Positions 12,052 through 23,034 of a stretch of DNA of 64,000 nucleotides are shown in pieces. Origin of the DNA: Methanocaldococcus sp. 16A (GTDB taxonomy: Archaea > AGJL01 > Methanococci > Methanococcales > Methanocaldococcaceae); the NCBI GenBank assembly GCA_049860595.1, contig CP187551.1. The stretch is one strand, 5' to 3'. Numbering within the stretch: position 1 is the first letter of the stretch; each line of letters opens with the position of its first letter. Both the position numbers and the translations under genes were made by a program. The notes beneath the pieces are model-generated. The model worked only from the letters and a program-made list of their open reading frames with translations. It was not told the DNA's origin and did not search any database.

Positions 12052-12084
12052 AATATCCCCAGTGTTTATTTAATTTTTTAATAA

Positions 12085-13905
12085 TTAATTTGAATTTGAA
12101 ATATTTATTTTATACAATACAGCAATTTTTTTATCATTATATGTATAATTCCAAACTTCTACCAAATATTTATTTAAATCAGGTTTCCAAGGGTTTGTAA
12201 AATTGTAATAGTTTTGTGGAGATATAATTAAAATATGAAACTTCCTAACATTTGGATACCTCGTAGAGGGGTCTATCCAATAATACATTGGAATATATTT
12301 AACTCCATATTCATCTAAATATTCTCTATTTTCTTTTGTATCGTATGTCATTAATGGGTCGTACATTCCAATAATTCGCCCATATTTATCAAATTGAAAC
12401 TCAGAATTAATCCAATAATAGTCCCAATATAGATATTTTACCTTATACTTTTTAATTAACTCCAATTTTTTCTTTGTATCATTTCCATACAAGATTATAG
12501 CGGCATCCATATCTCTTTGAGGTAAATTAATGTAAGGGTCGTTTTGTTGTGCCCATCTATTAACCATTACCTTCCTTCCACTAATTGAATTAATTACAAA
12601 GCTTAATTCTTTTGTTGATAAGATTACATCATTTACATCTGTATGTGTTAATAAATATTGTTGTAAGGATTTATATACTTCAGGCATTGGATATTTTCCT
12701 ACTTTAGCCCATTTATTATTGTTTATATAATTCAAAAATGCAAATGTAGTGTTAGCAAATAATAGAATAAATAAAATTCCAAATACAATAATATTTTTAT
12801 TATCATATAGTTTAAAGTGCTCTTTTATATATTTTAATCCGAATAATCCTATAAGGATAGCTAACAACCATAAATAAAATCCATGCATATAGGTAGGGAT
12901 AAAGTTAATTTTAAGCAAGGGTTCAGTTATGAAATAGCAGAATGTAGCAAATAAAGAACCAATTCCAAATATTTTAACAAACTCTTTCTCTATAGTGTCA
13001 TCTGATTTATAATATGCATATATCCCCAACCAAACTAATAAAGTGCTTATAATAGCCCCAATAGATGAAAAATTTAATAAATATGTTTTAATCATATCAA
13101 ACAAAAAGTTTATTTGTACATCTAACCTGCCAAAATCTATAACATCCATATGTGATCTATCATAAGAGCTATGTAGATGGTATATAAATAATGGCTTATA
13201 CCAGTAAAGCATCAATATAGGCACTGCAATAATTCCAAAAATCCCCCATTTTATTATATTTTCTTTTAAATAGTCAATAATTTTATCTCTGTTTTTATAT
13301 ATTTCATAAACAATGAAGATTAATAATATCAAAGTAGCTCCAACAAATGCAACCATGTGAGATAGGGTTAATAAACCATAAATTAATCCCAACAAAGCAT
13401 AATAAATTATCTTTCTTTCTTTAAATGTTAGATATAGAGCAATAACAAATAAAGGCACCATAACTTGATGTGTGAATGGTGTATATTTTAATATTGGATA
13501 TGAACTTATTCCATTAGCTAAAACCACACCAATTAATGCAATCCAATCATCTTTAAATAAAACTCTAAATAAATAAAACCATATAACACTACTTACAATA
13601 AATATAACTATTGAAAAATAAAACATTCCATTCATTGTATCTAAATTAAACAAATCACAAAATTTAGCACACAGATATCCATAAACTGGAAGATATCCAG
13701 GTAATCCTCCGAGTATTGATGAACTTTCTAATGGGTTACCACCTTCTCTAATATGCCAAATAACCCCCATCTGATAATAGTAATCTCCTCCATAAATTGG
13801 AGATGGTAGTGATTTAAATTGTGATATTCCATTATATTGAATAAATGCTCCTAATATAATATATAAGATTAGCAATAAAATTGATAACTTACTTTTAACA
13901 TCCAT
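12085..13905 (-). CDS. multi-TM membrane protein, probable GT-C glycosyltransferase
   Basis: About 11 TM segments, GGDYYY in first loop, C-terminal soluble domain; directly upstream of the GT2 gene. Confidence 0.6.
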   Translation of the reverse strand: MDVKSKLSILLLILYIILGAFIQYNGISQFKSLPSPIYGGDYYYQMGVIWHIREGGNPLESSSILGGLPGYLPVYGYLCAKFCDLFNLDTMNGMFYFSIVIFIVSSVIWFYLFRVLFKDDWIALIGVVLANGISSYPILKYTPFTHQVMVPLFVIALYLTFKERKIIYYALLGLIYGLLTLSHMVAFVGATLILLIFIVYEIYKNRDKIIDYLKENIIKWGIFGIIAVPILMLYWYKPLFIYHLHSSYDRSHMDVIDFGRLDVQINFLFDMIKTYLLNFSSIGAIISTLLVWLGIYAYYKSDDTIEKEFVKIFGIGSLFATFCYFITEPLLKINFIPTYMHGFYLWLLAILIGLFGLKYIKEHFKLYDNKNIIVFGILFILLFANTTFAFLNYINNNKWAKVGKYPMPEVYKSLQQYLLTHTDVNDVILSTKELSFVINSISGRKVMVNRWAQQNDPYINLPQRDMDAAIILYGNDTKKKLELIKKYKVKYLYWDYYWINSEFQFDKYGRIIGMYDPLMTYDTKENREYLDEYGVKYIPMYYWIDPSTRYPNVRKFHILIISPQNYYNFTNPWKPDLNKYLVEVWNYTYNDKKIAVLYKINISNSN

Positions 13906-14001
13906 ATTACTCTCACCTTAAAATTGTAGTATACGTTGTTATTTATATATAAAACTATTTAAAAGTTACCTTAATCTCTAATAATGAACTTTGGTGAGAT
14001 A

Positions 14002-14409
14002 ATGTTATTTAAATTCCAAATAAAAACAAATAAAAGGGAAGAGTTGGTAGATATAACTTCCCAAATAGTTTCAGCAATATCTGAATCAAAGGTTAAAGAT
14101 GGGATAGCAGTTATTTATGTTCCACACACAACCGCTGGAATAACTATAAATGAAAATGCCGACCCATCAGTGAAGCATGATATAATAAACTTTCTCTCTC
14201 ATCTTATTCCTAAAAATTGGAATTTTACGCACTTAGAAGGCAATTCAGATGCACATATAAAAAGCTCTTTAGTTGGCTGTTCTCAAACAATTATTATTAA
14301 AGATGGAAAACCATTATTAGGAACTTGGCAGGGAGTATTTTTTGCTGAATTTGATGGACCAAGAAGAAGAGAGTTTTATGTAAAAATAATACCTGATAAA
14401 GAAAAATAA
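14002..14409 (+). CDS. YjbQ / UPF0047 family protein
   Basis: PHTTAGITINEN, NSDAHIKS, LGTWQGVFFAEFDGPR. Confidence 0.9.
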   Translation: MLFKFQIKTNKREELVDITSQIVSAISESKVKDGIAVIYVPHTTAGITINENADPSVKHDIINFLSHLIPKNWNFTHLEGNSDAHIKSSLVGCSQTIIIKDGKPLLGTWQGVFFAEFDGPRRREFYVKIIPDKEK

Positions 14410-14436
14410 AAACAAAGTCATGTACATTGTGATATC

Positions 14437-14814
14437 ATGAAGGATTTTATCATAAATAGGCTAAAAAAATTTACCATTGAAGATTTGATGAGATGTATTT
14501 TAGGACTACAAGAGATTGAAATAAAGGTTTATTTTGACCTTTTAGAGAATGGAGAGGGTAGTGTATTAGAGATAGCTGAGAGAGTTAATAGGGATAGAAC
14601 TACTGTGCAGAAAGCTTTAAGAAGCTTAATGAACTGTGGTTTAGTTAATAGAAAAAAAGTAACTGAAAAAGTAGGATATAAATATATATACAACGCTGTA
14701 GAGTTAGATAAAGTGAGCGATATAATTGAGGAGCTATTAGATGATTGGTATCAAAATGTTAAAAAATGGCTTAACTATTTTAGAGAAAGTAGATACAATG
14801 AGAAAAATTATTAA
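14437..14814 (+). CDS. TrmB-like HTH transcriptional regulator
   Basis: wHTH SVLEIAERVNRDRTTVQKALRSL. Confidence 0.82.
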   Translation: MKDFIINRLKKFTIEDLMRCILGLQEIEIKVYFDLLENGEGSVLEIAERVNRDRTTVQKALRSLMNCGLVNRKKVTEKVGYKYIYNAVELDKVSDIIEELLDDWYQNVKKWLNYFRESRYNEKNY

Positions 14815-14874
14815 ACCCATTTTGACAAATAAAGTGGTAATGATAATAATATTATATGCTATGAGGTGAGAGAT

Positions 14875-15456
14875 ATGAAAGTTATAGGGATAAGTGGTAG
14901 TCCAAGACCTGAAGGAAATACAACTTTATTAGTTAGAGAGGCTTTAAATGCTATTGCTGAGGAAGGAATTGAAACAGAATTTATCTCCTTAGCTGATAAA
15001 GAACTAAATCCATGTATTGCTTGCAATATATGTAAAGATACTGGAAGTTGTCAAATAATTGATGACGTTGAGGAAATATTAGAAAAGATGAAAAAAGCTG
15101 ATGGGATTATTCTCGGCTCACCAGTTTACTTTGGTGGAGTTTCAGCTCAGTTAAAGATGTTGATGGATAGATCAAGACCTTTAAGAGTGGGCTTTCAATT
15201 AAAAAATAAAGTTGGGGGAGCTATAGCAGTTGGAGCTAGTAGAAATGGAGGACAAGAGACAACAATTCAACAAATCCATAATTTCTTTTTAATACATTCA
15301 ATGATAGTTGTTGGAGATAATGACCCAACAGCTCACTATGGAGGAACAGGTGTAGGAAAAGCTCCAGGAGATTGTAAAGATGATGATATTGGCTTAGAAA
15401 CTGCAAGAAACTTAGGTAAAAAGATAGCTGAAGTTATTAAATTAATTAAAAAGTAA
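14875..15456 (+). CDS. iron-sulfur flavoprotein (flavodoxin-like)
   Basis: ISGSPR, CIACNICK..C motif, GSPVYFG, RNGGQETT. Confidence 0.9.
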   Translation: MKVIGISGSPRPEGNTTLLVREALNAIAEEGIETEFISLADKELNPCIACNICKDTGSCQIIDDVEEILEKMKKADGIILGSPVYFGGVSAQLKMLMDRSRPLRVGFQLKNKVGGAIAVGASRNGGQETTIQQIHNFFLIHSMIVVGDNDPTAHYGGTGVGKAPGDCKDDDIGLETARNLGKKIAEVIKLIKK

Positions 15457-15502
15457 ATTTATTTTAAATTTTTGTTTTTATAAAAAACAAATAGTGATAA
15501 TA

Positions 15503-16345
15503 ATGATAGATGCAAAAACTAAGGTTATAGGGTTGATAGGTCATCCAGTAGAGCATTCTTTTTCACCAATAATACACAATGCAGCTTTTAAAGATAAAGG
15601 ATTAAACTATGTTTATGTAGCTTTTGATGTCTTGCCAGAAAATTTAAAGTATGTGATAGATGGGGCTAAAGCTCTTGGGATAGTCGGATTTAATGTAACC
15701 ATTCCACACAAAATAGAAATTATGAAGTATTTGGATGAGATAGATAAAGATGCTCAATTACTTGGGGCAGTTAATACAATAAAAATAGAGGATGGAAAAG
15801 CAATTGGCTATAATACAGATGGTATTGGAGCAAGGATGGCTTTAGAGGAAGAGGTTGGAAAAGTTAAAGATAAGAACATAGTTATTTTTGGGGCTGGGGG
15901 AGCTGCAAGAGCTGTAGCTTTTGAATTGGCAAAAGATAACAATATTATAATAGCCAATAGAACAGTTGAAAAAGCAGAAAACTTAGCTAAGGAGATAGCT
16001 AAAAAATTGAATAAAAAATTTGGTGAAGAAGTTAAATTTAGTGGGTTAGATGTAGATTTAAAGGATATTGATATAATAATTAATGCAACACCAATTGGAA
16101 TGTATCCAAATGTTGATGTTGAACCAATAGTTAAAGCTGATAAGTTAAGAGAAGATATGGTAGTTATGGATTTAATTTATAATCCATTAGAAACAGTTTT
16201 ATTAAAAGAGGCTAAAAAAGTTAATGCAAAAACAATAAATGGATTAGGAATGTTGATATATCAAGGGGCTGTTGCATTTAAAATATGGACTGGTGTAGAA
16301 CCTAATGTAGAAGTTATGAAAGAGAGTCTTAAAAAATGTTTATAA
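15503..16345 (+). CDS. aroE: shikimate dehydrogenase
   Basis: GHPVEHSFSP, NVTIPHK, GAVNT, NTDG, GAGGAARA. Confidence 0.95.
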   Translation: MIDAKTKVIGLIGHPVEHSFSPIIHNAAFKDKGLNYVYVAFDVLPENLKYVIDGAKALGIVGFNVTIPHKIEIMKYLDEIDKDAQLLGAVNTIKIEDGKAIGYNTDGIGARMALEEEVGKVKDKNIVIFGAGGAARAVAFELAKDNNIIIANRTVEKAENLAKEIAKKLNKKFGEEVKFSGLDVDLKDIDIIINATPIGMYPNVDVEPIVKADKLREDMVVMDLIYNPLETVLLKEAKKVNAKTINGLGMLIYQGAVAFKIWTGVEPNVEVMKESLKKCL

Positions 16346-16358
16346 TATATGTGATAGT

Positions 16359-17381
16359 ATGAGAGTAAGAATAAGAGACTTTATAGAGACAGTTGAAGGA
16401 CTATATTTCGCTGTAAATACATATTATCATCCAGAAGATAGATTTTTTGCTTTTTTAAGATATGTTCCCTATGAATTTGTAGATTTTGAAGTAGATAAAA
16501 ACAATATTAGAGAAATTAATGGAAGAAAGTATGTAAAGATGGCTGAATCCCAAAAAGCTTACAAATTTTTAAAAGAAAAATTTAACAAATATCTTTTTTA
16601 CGATGAAACAATCAATGTTTTAATGCATGCTATTCCAAAAGAAGATATTGAAAGAATTTTAAGTCCAAAAGATAGGTTAAATGATATTGTTAATGAAGAA
16701 AACAATTTAAGTGAATTGGAAGAAAAATGTAGAAAATTAGCTTTAATTTTAGAAGAGTATGGTATTCCAATTAAAAGTATGGGAGTTAGTGGATCTCTAT
16801 TACTAAAATTAAATAATAAAAATTCAGATATCGATTTTGTAATTTATGGGAAAGATATGCATAAAAAAGGAAGGGAAGCTCTAAAACAGGCATTTGAAGA
16901 TAATAAGTTAAAGCCATTATCAGATAATTTTTGGAAAATAGCTTATGAAAAGAGAATCAAAGATGGAACTTTAACTTATGAGGAATTTGTATTTTATGAA
17001 AAGAGAAAGTTTAATAGAGGGATTATAGACAATACAATGTTTGATTTATTATTTACGAGAGAATGGAATGAAATTAATGAAAAATATGGTGATAAACAAT
17101 ATAAAAACTTAGGTTTTATAAAAGTAGAGGGTAGAGTTTTAAATGATGACTTTGCCTTTGACAATCCAGCTGTTTATAAGATAGAGTGCTATAATGATGA
17201 AGATATAAAAGAGGTTGTTTCCTTCACCCACACTTATGCTGGACAGTGCTTTAATGGTGAAGAAATTATTGCAAGAGGTAAATTAGAGGAAGTTATTGAT
17301 AAAAATGGAAATAAATACAAAAGAGTTGTTGTAGGGACTACAAGGGAAGCATTTAACGAATACATAAAAATAAAGAGATAA
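16359..17381 (+). CDS. predicted archaeal nucleotidyltransferase-domain protein
   Basis: GVSGS...SDIDFVIYG NTase motif, C-terminal OB-like region. Confidence 0.75.
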   Translation: MRVRIRDFIETVEGLYFAVNTYYHPEDRFFAFLRYVPYEFVDFEVDKNNIREINGRKYVKMAESQKAYKFLKEKFNKYLFYDETINVLMHAIPKEDIERILSPKDRLNDIVNEENNLSELEEKCRKLALILEEYGIPIKSMGVSGSLLLKLNNKNSDIDFVIYGKDMHKKGREALKQAFEDNKLKPLSDNFWKIAYEKRIKDGTLTYEEFVFYEKRKFNRGIIDNTMFDLLFTREWNEINEKYGDKQYKNLGFIKVEGRVLNDDFAFDNPAVYKIECYNDEDIKEVVSFTHTYAGQCFNGEEIIARGKLEEVIDKNGNKYKRVVVGTTREAFNEYIKIKR

Positions 17382-17394
17382 AGTAGGGCTTATT

Positions 17395-18333
17395 ATGATA
17401 ATTGAAACTCCATCAAAGGTTATATTATTTGGAGAGCATGCAGTTGTTTATGGTTATAGAGCTATAGCAATGGCTATTGATTTAACATCAATTATTGAAA
17501 TTAGAGAATTAGATAGAAATGAAATAATTTTAAATTTAAATGACTTAAATAAAAGCTTAAAGTTAAATTTAGATGATATAAAAAATATTAATCCCAATAA
17601 CTATGATGATTTCAAATACTGCCTCTGTGCAATAAAAAACACTATAAATTATTTAAATATAAAACCAAAAACAGGGTTTGAGATAAATATCTGTTCAAAA
17701 ATTCCAATAAGTTGTGGTTTGGGTAGCTCTGCCTCAATAACAATTGGAACAATAAAGGCAGTTAGCAGATTTTGTAATAAACAGCTTAAAGATGATGAGA
17801 TTGCAAAACTTGGTTATACAGTAGAGAAAGAGATTCAAGGAAAGGCGAGTATTACAGACACTTCAACAATAACATATAGGGGCATCTTAGAGATAAAAAA
17901 CAACAAATTTAAAAAAATTAAAGGAGATTTTGAGAAATTCTTAAAAAGTTGTAAATTTTTAATAGTCTATGCTGAAAAAAGAAAGAAAAAAACTGCAGAG
18001 TTGGTTAATGAAGTGGCAAAAATTGAAAATAAGGATGAAATATTTAAAGAAATAGATAAGATTATTGAAAACGCCTTGAAAACAGATAATAAAGAAGATT
18101 TTGGAAAATTAATGTCTAAAAACCATGAACTCTTAAAGAAATTAAATATCTCAACTCCAAAACTTGATAAAATCGTTGATATTGGAAATAAATTTGGTTT
18201 TGGAGCAAAATTAACAGGAGCTGGAGGAGGAGGTTGTGTAATAATCTTAGTTGATGAAAATAGAGAAAAAGAGTTGATAAGAGAATTAAATAAAGAGAAT
18301 GTAAAAATTTTTAAATGTAAAATGATAAATTAG
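17395..18333 (+). CDS. mvk: mevalonate kinase
   Basis: PSKVILFGEHAVVYG, PISCGLGSSAS, KLTGAGGGGC. Confidence 0.95.
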   Translation: MIIETPSKVILFGEHAVVYGYRAIAMAIDLTSIIEIRELDRNEIILNLNDLNKSLKLNLDDIKNINPNNYDDFKYCLCAIKNTINYLNIKPKTGFEINICSKIPISCGLGSSASITIGTIKAVSRFCNKQLKDDEIAKLGYTVEKEIQGKASITDTSTITYRGILEIKNNKFKKIKGDFEKFLKSCKFLIVYAEKRKKKTAELVNEVAKIENKDEIFKEIDKIIENALKTDNKEDFGKLMSKNHELLKKLNISTPKLDKIVDIGNKFGFGAKLTGAGGGGCVIILVDENREKELIRELNKENVKIFKCKMIN

Positions 18334-19169
18334 CACATTTCTTTTAAATATTTAGCTAAATTTTTTCTAACTTCTCCAATAGTGAAGCCCCATTCAATAG
18401 GGATATTATCTTCTTTATTCAAAATCTCAATTAAGTGAGCAACTCTTGGTAATCTTAAGTTCGCTTTTCTTATTGTCTCAACGTCACTAAAAACTTCTTT
18501 TGGCTCCCCTTCTTTCAAAATCTTTCCATCATACATAACATAAACCTTATCAGCATACACAGGAACTAAATCCACATCATGAGTTGAAATTATTATAGTC
18601 ATTCCTTTTTTATTTAAATCATATAAAAGCTTCATTATCTTCGATGCCCCAACTGGGTCTAAACCAGAGGTAGGCTCATCTAAAACAATAACCTCTGGTT
18701 GCATTGCCAAAATTCCTGCTATTGCCACTCTCTTTTTTTGCCCTCCACTTAAATGGTGTGGAGGTTTATTTTCAAATCCTTCCATACCTACAGCTTTTAA
18801 TGCCTCTCTAACCCTTCTCTCAACTTCATCTTTTGGTAATCCTAAGTTTAAAGGTCCGAAAGCTACATCCTCTTTAACCGTAGGGGCAAAGATTTGGTCG
18901 TCAGGATTTTGAAAAACTAAACCAACAGTCTTTCTGACTTCTATTAAACTTTTTTTATCATATTTTATTGGTTTTCCTTTTATTAAAACCTCTCCTTTAG
19001 TAGGTCTTAAAATTCCATTGAAATGCAAAAATAATGTTGATTTACCAACACCATTAGGTCCTAATATAGAAACCATCTCCCCTTTTTTTACTTTAAAATT
19101 TATACCTTTTAAAACCTCTGTTCCATCAGGGTATCTAAAATATAAATCTCTTGTTTCAATCATATTCAT
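18330..19169 (-). CDS. cbiO: cobalt ECF transporter ATPase
   Basis: GPNGVGKST, FQNPDDQ, LSGGQKKRVAIAG; located in the cbiMNQO operon. Confidence 0.92.
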   Translation of the reverse strand: MNMIETRDLYFRYPDGTEVLKGINFKVKKGEMVSILGPNGVGKSTLFLHFNGILRPTKGEVLIKGKPIKYDKKSLIEVRKTVGLVFQNPDDQIFAPTVKEDVAFGPLNLGLPKDEVERRVREALKAVGMEGFENKPPHHLSGGQKKRVAIAGILAMQPEVIVLDEPTSGLDPVGASKIMKLLYDLNKKGMTIIISTHDVDLVPVYADKVYVMYDGKILKEGEPKEVFSDVETIRKANLRLPRVAHLIEILNKEDNIPIEWGFTIGEVRKNLAKYLKEMC

Positions 19170-19170
19170 T

Positions 19171-19938
19171 CTAAAACACCTTTATATTTTTAGTAAGATA
19201 TGCAAGTAATATCAAAAATAGTCCTATTAATATTACCACTATGATATATATAGATTTTGGGTTATCTATGTCCTCAAGAGTTTTGAATGTCCCATTATAA
19301 TTTCGTGATTCCATTGCAATGTATATTTTCTCTCCTTTATTCCAAGCTCTTATAAATAAATTTGCTAAAACTATACCTAAGGATTTATAGCTTGTCTTTA
19401 TGTTTTTAAATCCTAATTTAACCTCAGCAGCATTTTTCATATTAATAAATTCATCTAATAAGACAAATATATATCTATACATCATCAACACCATGTCAAT
19501 AAAAATACTTGGAAATTTTAATTCTTGGAGAATTTTAAATAATTGATGAATCGGCGTAGTTAGTGCCATGAATAGCATACACGAGGAACAACCAAGAATT
19601 CTTGAAAATACCAATATACCCATATTTAACCCAGTTTTTTTAAATGTTATAAATCCTAACTTAAAAATTACATCATTTCCATACCATACACCCATAAAAA
19701 TCAAATTAAAAAATCCAAATGCGATTATTGAACCTATTAAACCTAAATATATTGGATATACTTTTTTGTCTAATGCATATAATGTTAATATGAACATAAT
19801 GGCAAAAATTAATATAGGAACTACGAATGATTTTGAAAACAAAGATATTAAGAGCAACAATAACGCAAAAATAACTTTTAATTTTGGATTTACTTTTAAG
19901 AGTCTATTCTTATGAGCGATATCATCCAATATATACAT
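19171..19938 (-). CDS. cbiQ: cobalt ECF transporter T component
   Basis: NPKLK, LTTP, YRYIF, AMESRNY. Confidence 0.9.
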   Translation of the reverse strand: MYILDDIAHKNRLLKVNPKLKVIFALLLLLISLFSKSFVVPILIFAIMFILTLYALDKKVYPIYLGLIGSIIAFGFFNLIFMGVWYGNDVIFKLGFITFKKTGLNMGILVFSRILGCSSCMLFMALTTPIHQLFKILQELKFPSIFIDMVLMMYRYIFVLLDEFINMKNAAEVKLGFKNIKTSYKSLGIVLANLFIRAWNKGEKIYIAMESRNYNGTFKTLEDIDNPKSIYIIVVILIGLFLILLAYLTKNIKVF

Positions 19939-20038
19939 ATCATCACCATGCATTAATTAGAGTATATACTCACCATTAAAAAATCTAAACTTTAAATTAC
20001 AATTATATATTAAACAAATTAAATAAAAATGAAAAAGA

Positions 20039-20323
20039 TTAATTTGATAATGTTTGTTTAGCTCTAAAATATCCGATATAATAACCTATAATTATAGCAC
20101 CAATTGCAGCTTGTAATGCAAATAATAAACTTTCTATTTCACCACTAGGTGGTTCCCAAATAGGTTTAAACCATGGATGATAATTTGGGTCTATTTTTTC
20201 AATCATCTCAGTACCTTGATCATCAGAACCTTCATATTCTCCTTTAACAAATAGTAATGGAAACGCTATCAATAATGCTACGATACCTAATAATATAATA
20301 TGTTTTATTTCCACATTATTCAC
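20039..20323 (-). CDS. cbiN: cobalt transport protein CbiN
   Basis: GSDD, YHPWFKPIWEPPSGEIESLLFALQAAIGA. Confidence 0.93.
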   Translation of the reverse strand: MNNVEIKHIILLGIVALLIAFPLLFVKGEYEGSDDQGTEMIEKIDPNYHPWFKPIWEPPSGEIESLLFALQAAIGAIIIGYYIGYFRAKQTLSN

Positions 20324-21020
20324 CCCCTACATCGAGAGTATTTACAGCAATATTTAATTCATTTTCATTAACTACGCCTAATTTAGATAGTATATCTGGT
20401 CTTAATTTTTTGATATAGTCCCAAATTACCATTGTTAAAATACCTTCAGCAATAGCTAATGGTACTTGTGTTACTGCATAAATTGCTAAAAAACCTAAGC
20501 ATGTATAGACTGGATTAGTTCCTGGAAATGCTAATGTTAATTGTATAGCAGTTGTTACATAGGTTAACCAATCAGAGAATACAGCTGCAATACCTATAGC
20601 GTAGGTAGAGTTTATTCCTAATTTTTTATGTAACAAACTATAAGTTAGCCATCCAAAGAAAGGCCCTACTATTCCCATTGAGAAATCATTAGCTCCTAAT
20701 GTAGTAATCCCCCCATGAGCTAAAAATAATGCCTGAAATAACAATACAATAGATGCCAACGCTGCTGTAACTGGTACTCCAAATAACACTGCACCCAAAC
20801 CATTACCACAAGGGTGTGAGCAACTTCCAGTAACTGATGGCATCTTTAAAGAACTCAAAACAAACATATATGCTCCAGAAATAGCAATTAGTGGTTTTGA
20901 TTCTGGAATCTCCTCAGATATCTTTTTTATTCTATAAAATCCATAGGCAATTATTGGTAGAGCTAATGCATACCAAAAGGCACACCACATTGGTGGAAGA
21001 TACCCTTCCATTATGTGCAA
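20316..21020 (-). CDS. cbiM: cobalt ECF transporter S component
   Basis: TTG start at 21020 gives MHIMEGYLP; GSCSHP, AHGGITTLGAN. Confidence 0.93.
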   Translation of the reverse strand: MHIMEGYLPPMWCAFWYALALPIIAYGFYRIKKISEEIPESKPLIAISGAYMFVLSSLKMPSVTGSCSHPCGNGLGAVLFGVPVTAALASIVLLFQALFLAHGGITTLGANDFSMGIVGPFFGWLTYSLLHKKLGINSTYAIGIAAVFSDWLTYVTTAIQLTLAFPGTNPVYTCLGFLAIYAVTQVPLAIAEGILTMVIWDYIKKLRPDILSKLGVVNENELNIAVNTLDVGGE

Positions 21021-21265
21021 AGTATCACCCAATATTATGTTATTTAATATTATTAAAGGAAACTTTATATTTTTACAGTATTCTTTATCTTATATATATT
21101 TAACGGTATTTTATCATTAGTAAAATAATTTTTAATTGTATTATTTTTAATGAATTTTTTCTATTTTTTATTATTTTTTATTATCATTTTAAATTAAAGA
21201 CATTTTTAGTGTTGATTAAGTTTTCTTTTTTAGTAATAAACTATTTAAATAATAAGGTAGTTTAA

Positions 21266-21300
21266 GTAATATCAAGTATTACAAAAAAGGATTTATATAA
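21266..21300 (+). promoter_or_regulatory. GTAATA-N5-TATTAC palindrome adjoining BRE/TATA of the rcnA-like gene
   Basis: Palindrome at 21266-21282 followed by AAAAAGGATTTATATAA. Confidence 0.4.
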
Positions 21301-21315
21301 AAATAAGTTATTACG

Positions 21316-21960
21316 GTGATGGTTGTGGAATTTCTATACGCAATAACTGCATTCATACTCGGAATGTTGCATGCTTTAGAGCCAGGACATGGGAAAAGTG
21401 TTTTAGCTGCTTATATTTTAGGAACAAAAACAGCCCTAAAAGATGCCATTTTATTGGGAATAACTATAACTATATCCCACACAGCAGTGATATTTTTATT
21501 AGGAATTTTGTCATTATATCTATTAACAAACCTAAATGTGGAGTTAGTTCATGATATGATGAATATTTTAGGAGGAATAATATTAATTACCGTGGGGATT
21601 TGGATAATAAAAAGCTATTTACATCCACATGAGCATAAAATTGATGCAAAAAAGGGAATTATTGCTATAGGTTTATCTGCAGGTTTAGTTCCTTGTCCAG
21701 CAGCGTTAGCAGTTTTATTGTTATCTATAACCTTAGGAGATTTATTTGGAGGATTATTTTATGTAGCAATATTTAGTATCGGATTAGCATTAGCTCTAAC
21801 TACATTGGCAGTAATGTTCGTTAAAAGTAAAGAATTTATTCAAAAATATATTAGAAGTAAAAAGATATCAAAAATTCCATTAATTAGTGGAGGTATTATA
21901 ATATTAATTGGATTATATACTTTATCTCATTCTATCCTTCACTATTTGGAAATAATTTAA
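21316..21960 (+). CDS. nickel/cobalt efflux transporter (RcnA/NicO-like)
   Basis: HALEPGHGKS, HPHEH, GLVPCPAAL. Confidence 0.88.
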   Translation: MMVVEFLYAITAFILGMLHALEPGHGKSVLAAYILGTKTALKDAILLGITITISHTAVIFLLGILSLYLLTNLNVELVHDMMNILGGIILITVGIWIIKSYLHPHEHKIDAKKGIIAIGLSAGLVPCPAALAVLLLSITLGDLFGGLFYVAIFSIGLALALTTLAVMFVKSKEFIQKYIRSKKISKIPLISGGIIILIGLYTLSHSILHYLEII

Positions 21961-22089
21961 CTTTATAATATTTATTAATAATATTTATTATATATGCTTA
22001 TAGATATAAATTTATTAATATAGAAAACTTTTAAATTATGCAAAATATAGAAATTAGAAGGATATTTAAAAAATAATAAATGTGGTAAT

Positions 22090-23010
22090 ATGGATGCAAA
22101 AAATACAAAGATGTTAAAATTTTCCCATATAACAAAAGTTCATCCATGCTTTAACGAAAAAATTCATGATAAAGTTGGTAGAATTCACTTACCAGTAGCT
22201 CCAAGATGCAATATAGCATGTAAATTTTGTAGAAGAAGTTTAGGTAAAGAGGCGTGTGAGCATAGGCCAGGGGTAGCTTTATCCGTCTTAAAACCAGAAG
22301 ATGTTGAAAATTATTTAAATAAAGTATTAAAAGAGATTCCAAACGTTAAAGTTGTTGGTATTGCTGGACCTGGGGATAGTTTATTTAACAAAGAGACATT
22401 TGAAACACTTGAGATTATTGATGAGAAGTTTCCAGATTTAATAAAATGTCTCTCTACAAATGGGTTGCTATTAAATAAATACTATAAGAAATTATCTGAT
22501 TTAAATGTAAAGACAGTCACTGTTACTGTAAATGCTATAAATCCAGAGATTTTAAAAGATATAGTTGAATGGGTATATTATGATAAAAAAATACATCATG
22601 GCATTGAAGGGGCTAAAATACTGATAGAGAACCAAATAGACGGGATAAAAAAAGCTTATGATGAAGGTTTAATAATAAAAATAAATACTGTTCTAATCCC
22701 ACAGATAAATATGGAACATGTTGTTGATATTGCCAAAGAATTAAAAGATTTTGCTTATATGCAAAATATTATTCCTCTAATCCCACTATACAAAATGAAA
22801 CATCTGAGAGCTCCAACATGTGAAGAAATAAAGAGAATTAGAGAAGAGTGTGAAAAATATATTCCGCAGTTTAGAGCTTGTGGGCAGTGTAGAGCGGATT
22901 CAGTAGGTTTAATAAAAGAAAGGAAAATATTAGAAGACTTCTTCAAAGAAAAAAATAAAGAACAAAATAAAAAATTAGATGTATTTGATTTGAAGCATTT
23001 CTCTCATTAA
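22090..23010 (+). CDS. nifB: NifB-type radical SAM protein (stand-alone, no NifX domain)
   Basis: HPC, HLPVAPRCNIACKFC, ERPG-like EHRPG, AGPGD, CGQCRAD. Confidence 0.9.
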   Translation: MDAKNTKMLKFSHITKVHPCFNEKIHDKVGRIHLPVAPRCNIACKFCRRSLGKEACEHRPGVALSVLKPEDVENYLNKVLKEIPNVKVVGIAGPGDSLFNKETFETLEIIDEKFPDLIKCLSTNGLLLNKYYKKLSDLNVKTVTVTVNAINPEILKDIVEWVYYDKKIHHGIEGAKILIENQIDGIKKAYDEGLIIKINTVLIPQINMEHVVDIAKELKDFAYMQNIIPLIPLYKMKHLRAPTCEEIKRIREECEKYIPQFRACGQCRADSVGLIKERKILEDFFKEKNKEQNKKLDVFDLKHFSH

Positions 23011-23034
23011 CTCATTATAAGGTTAATTAAAAGA

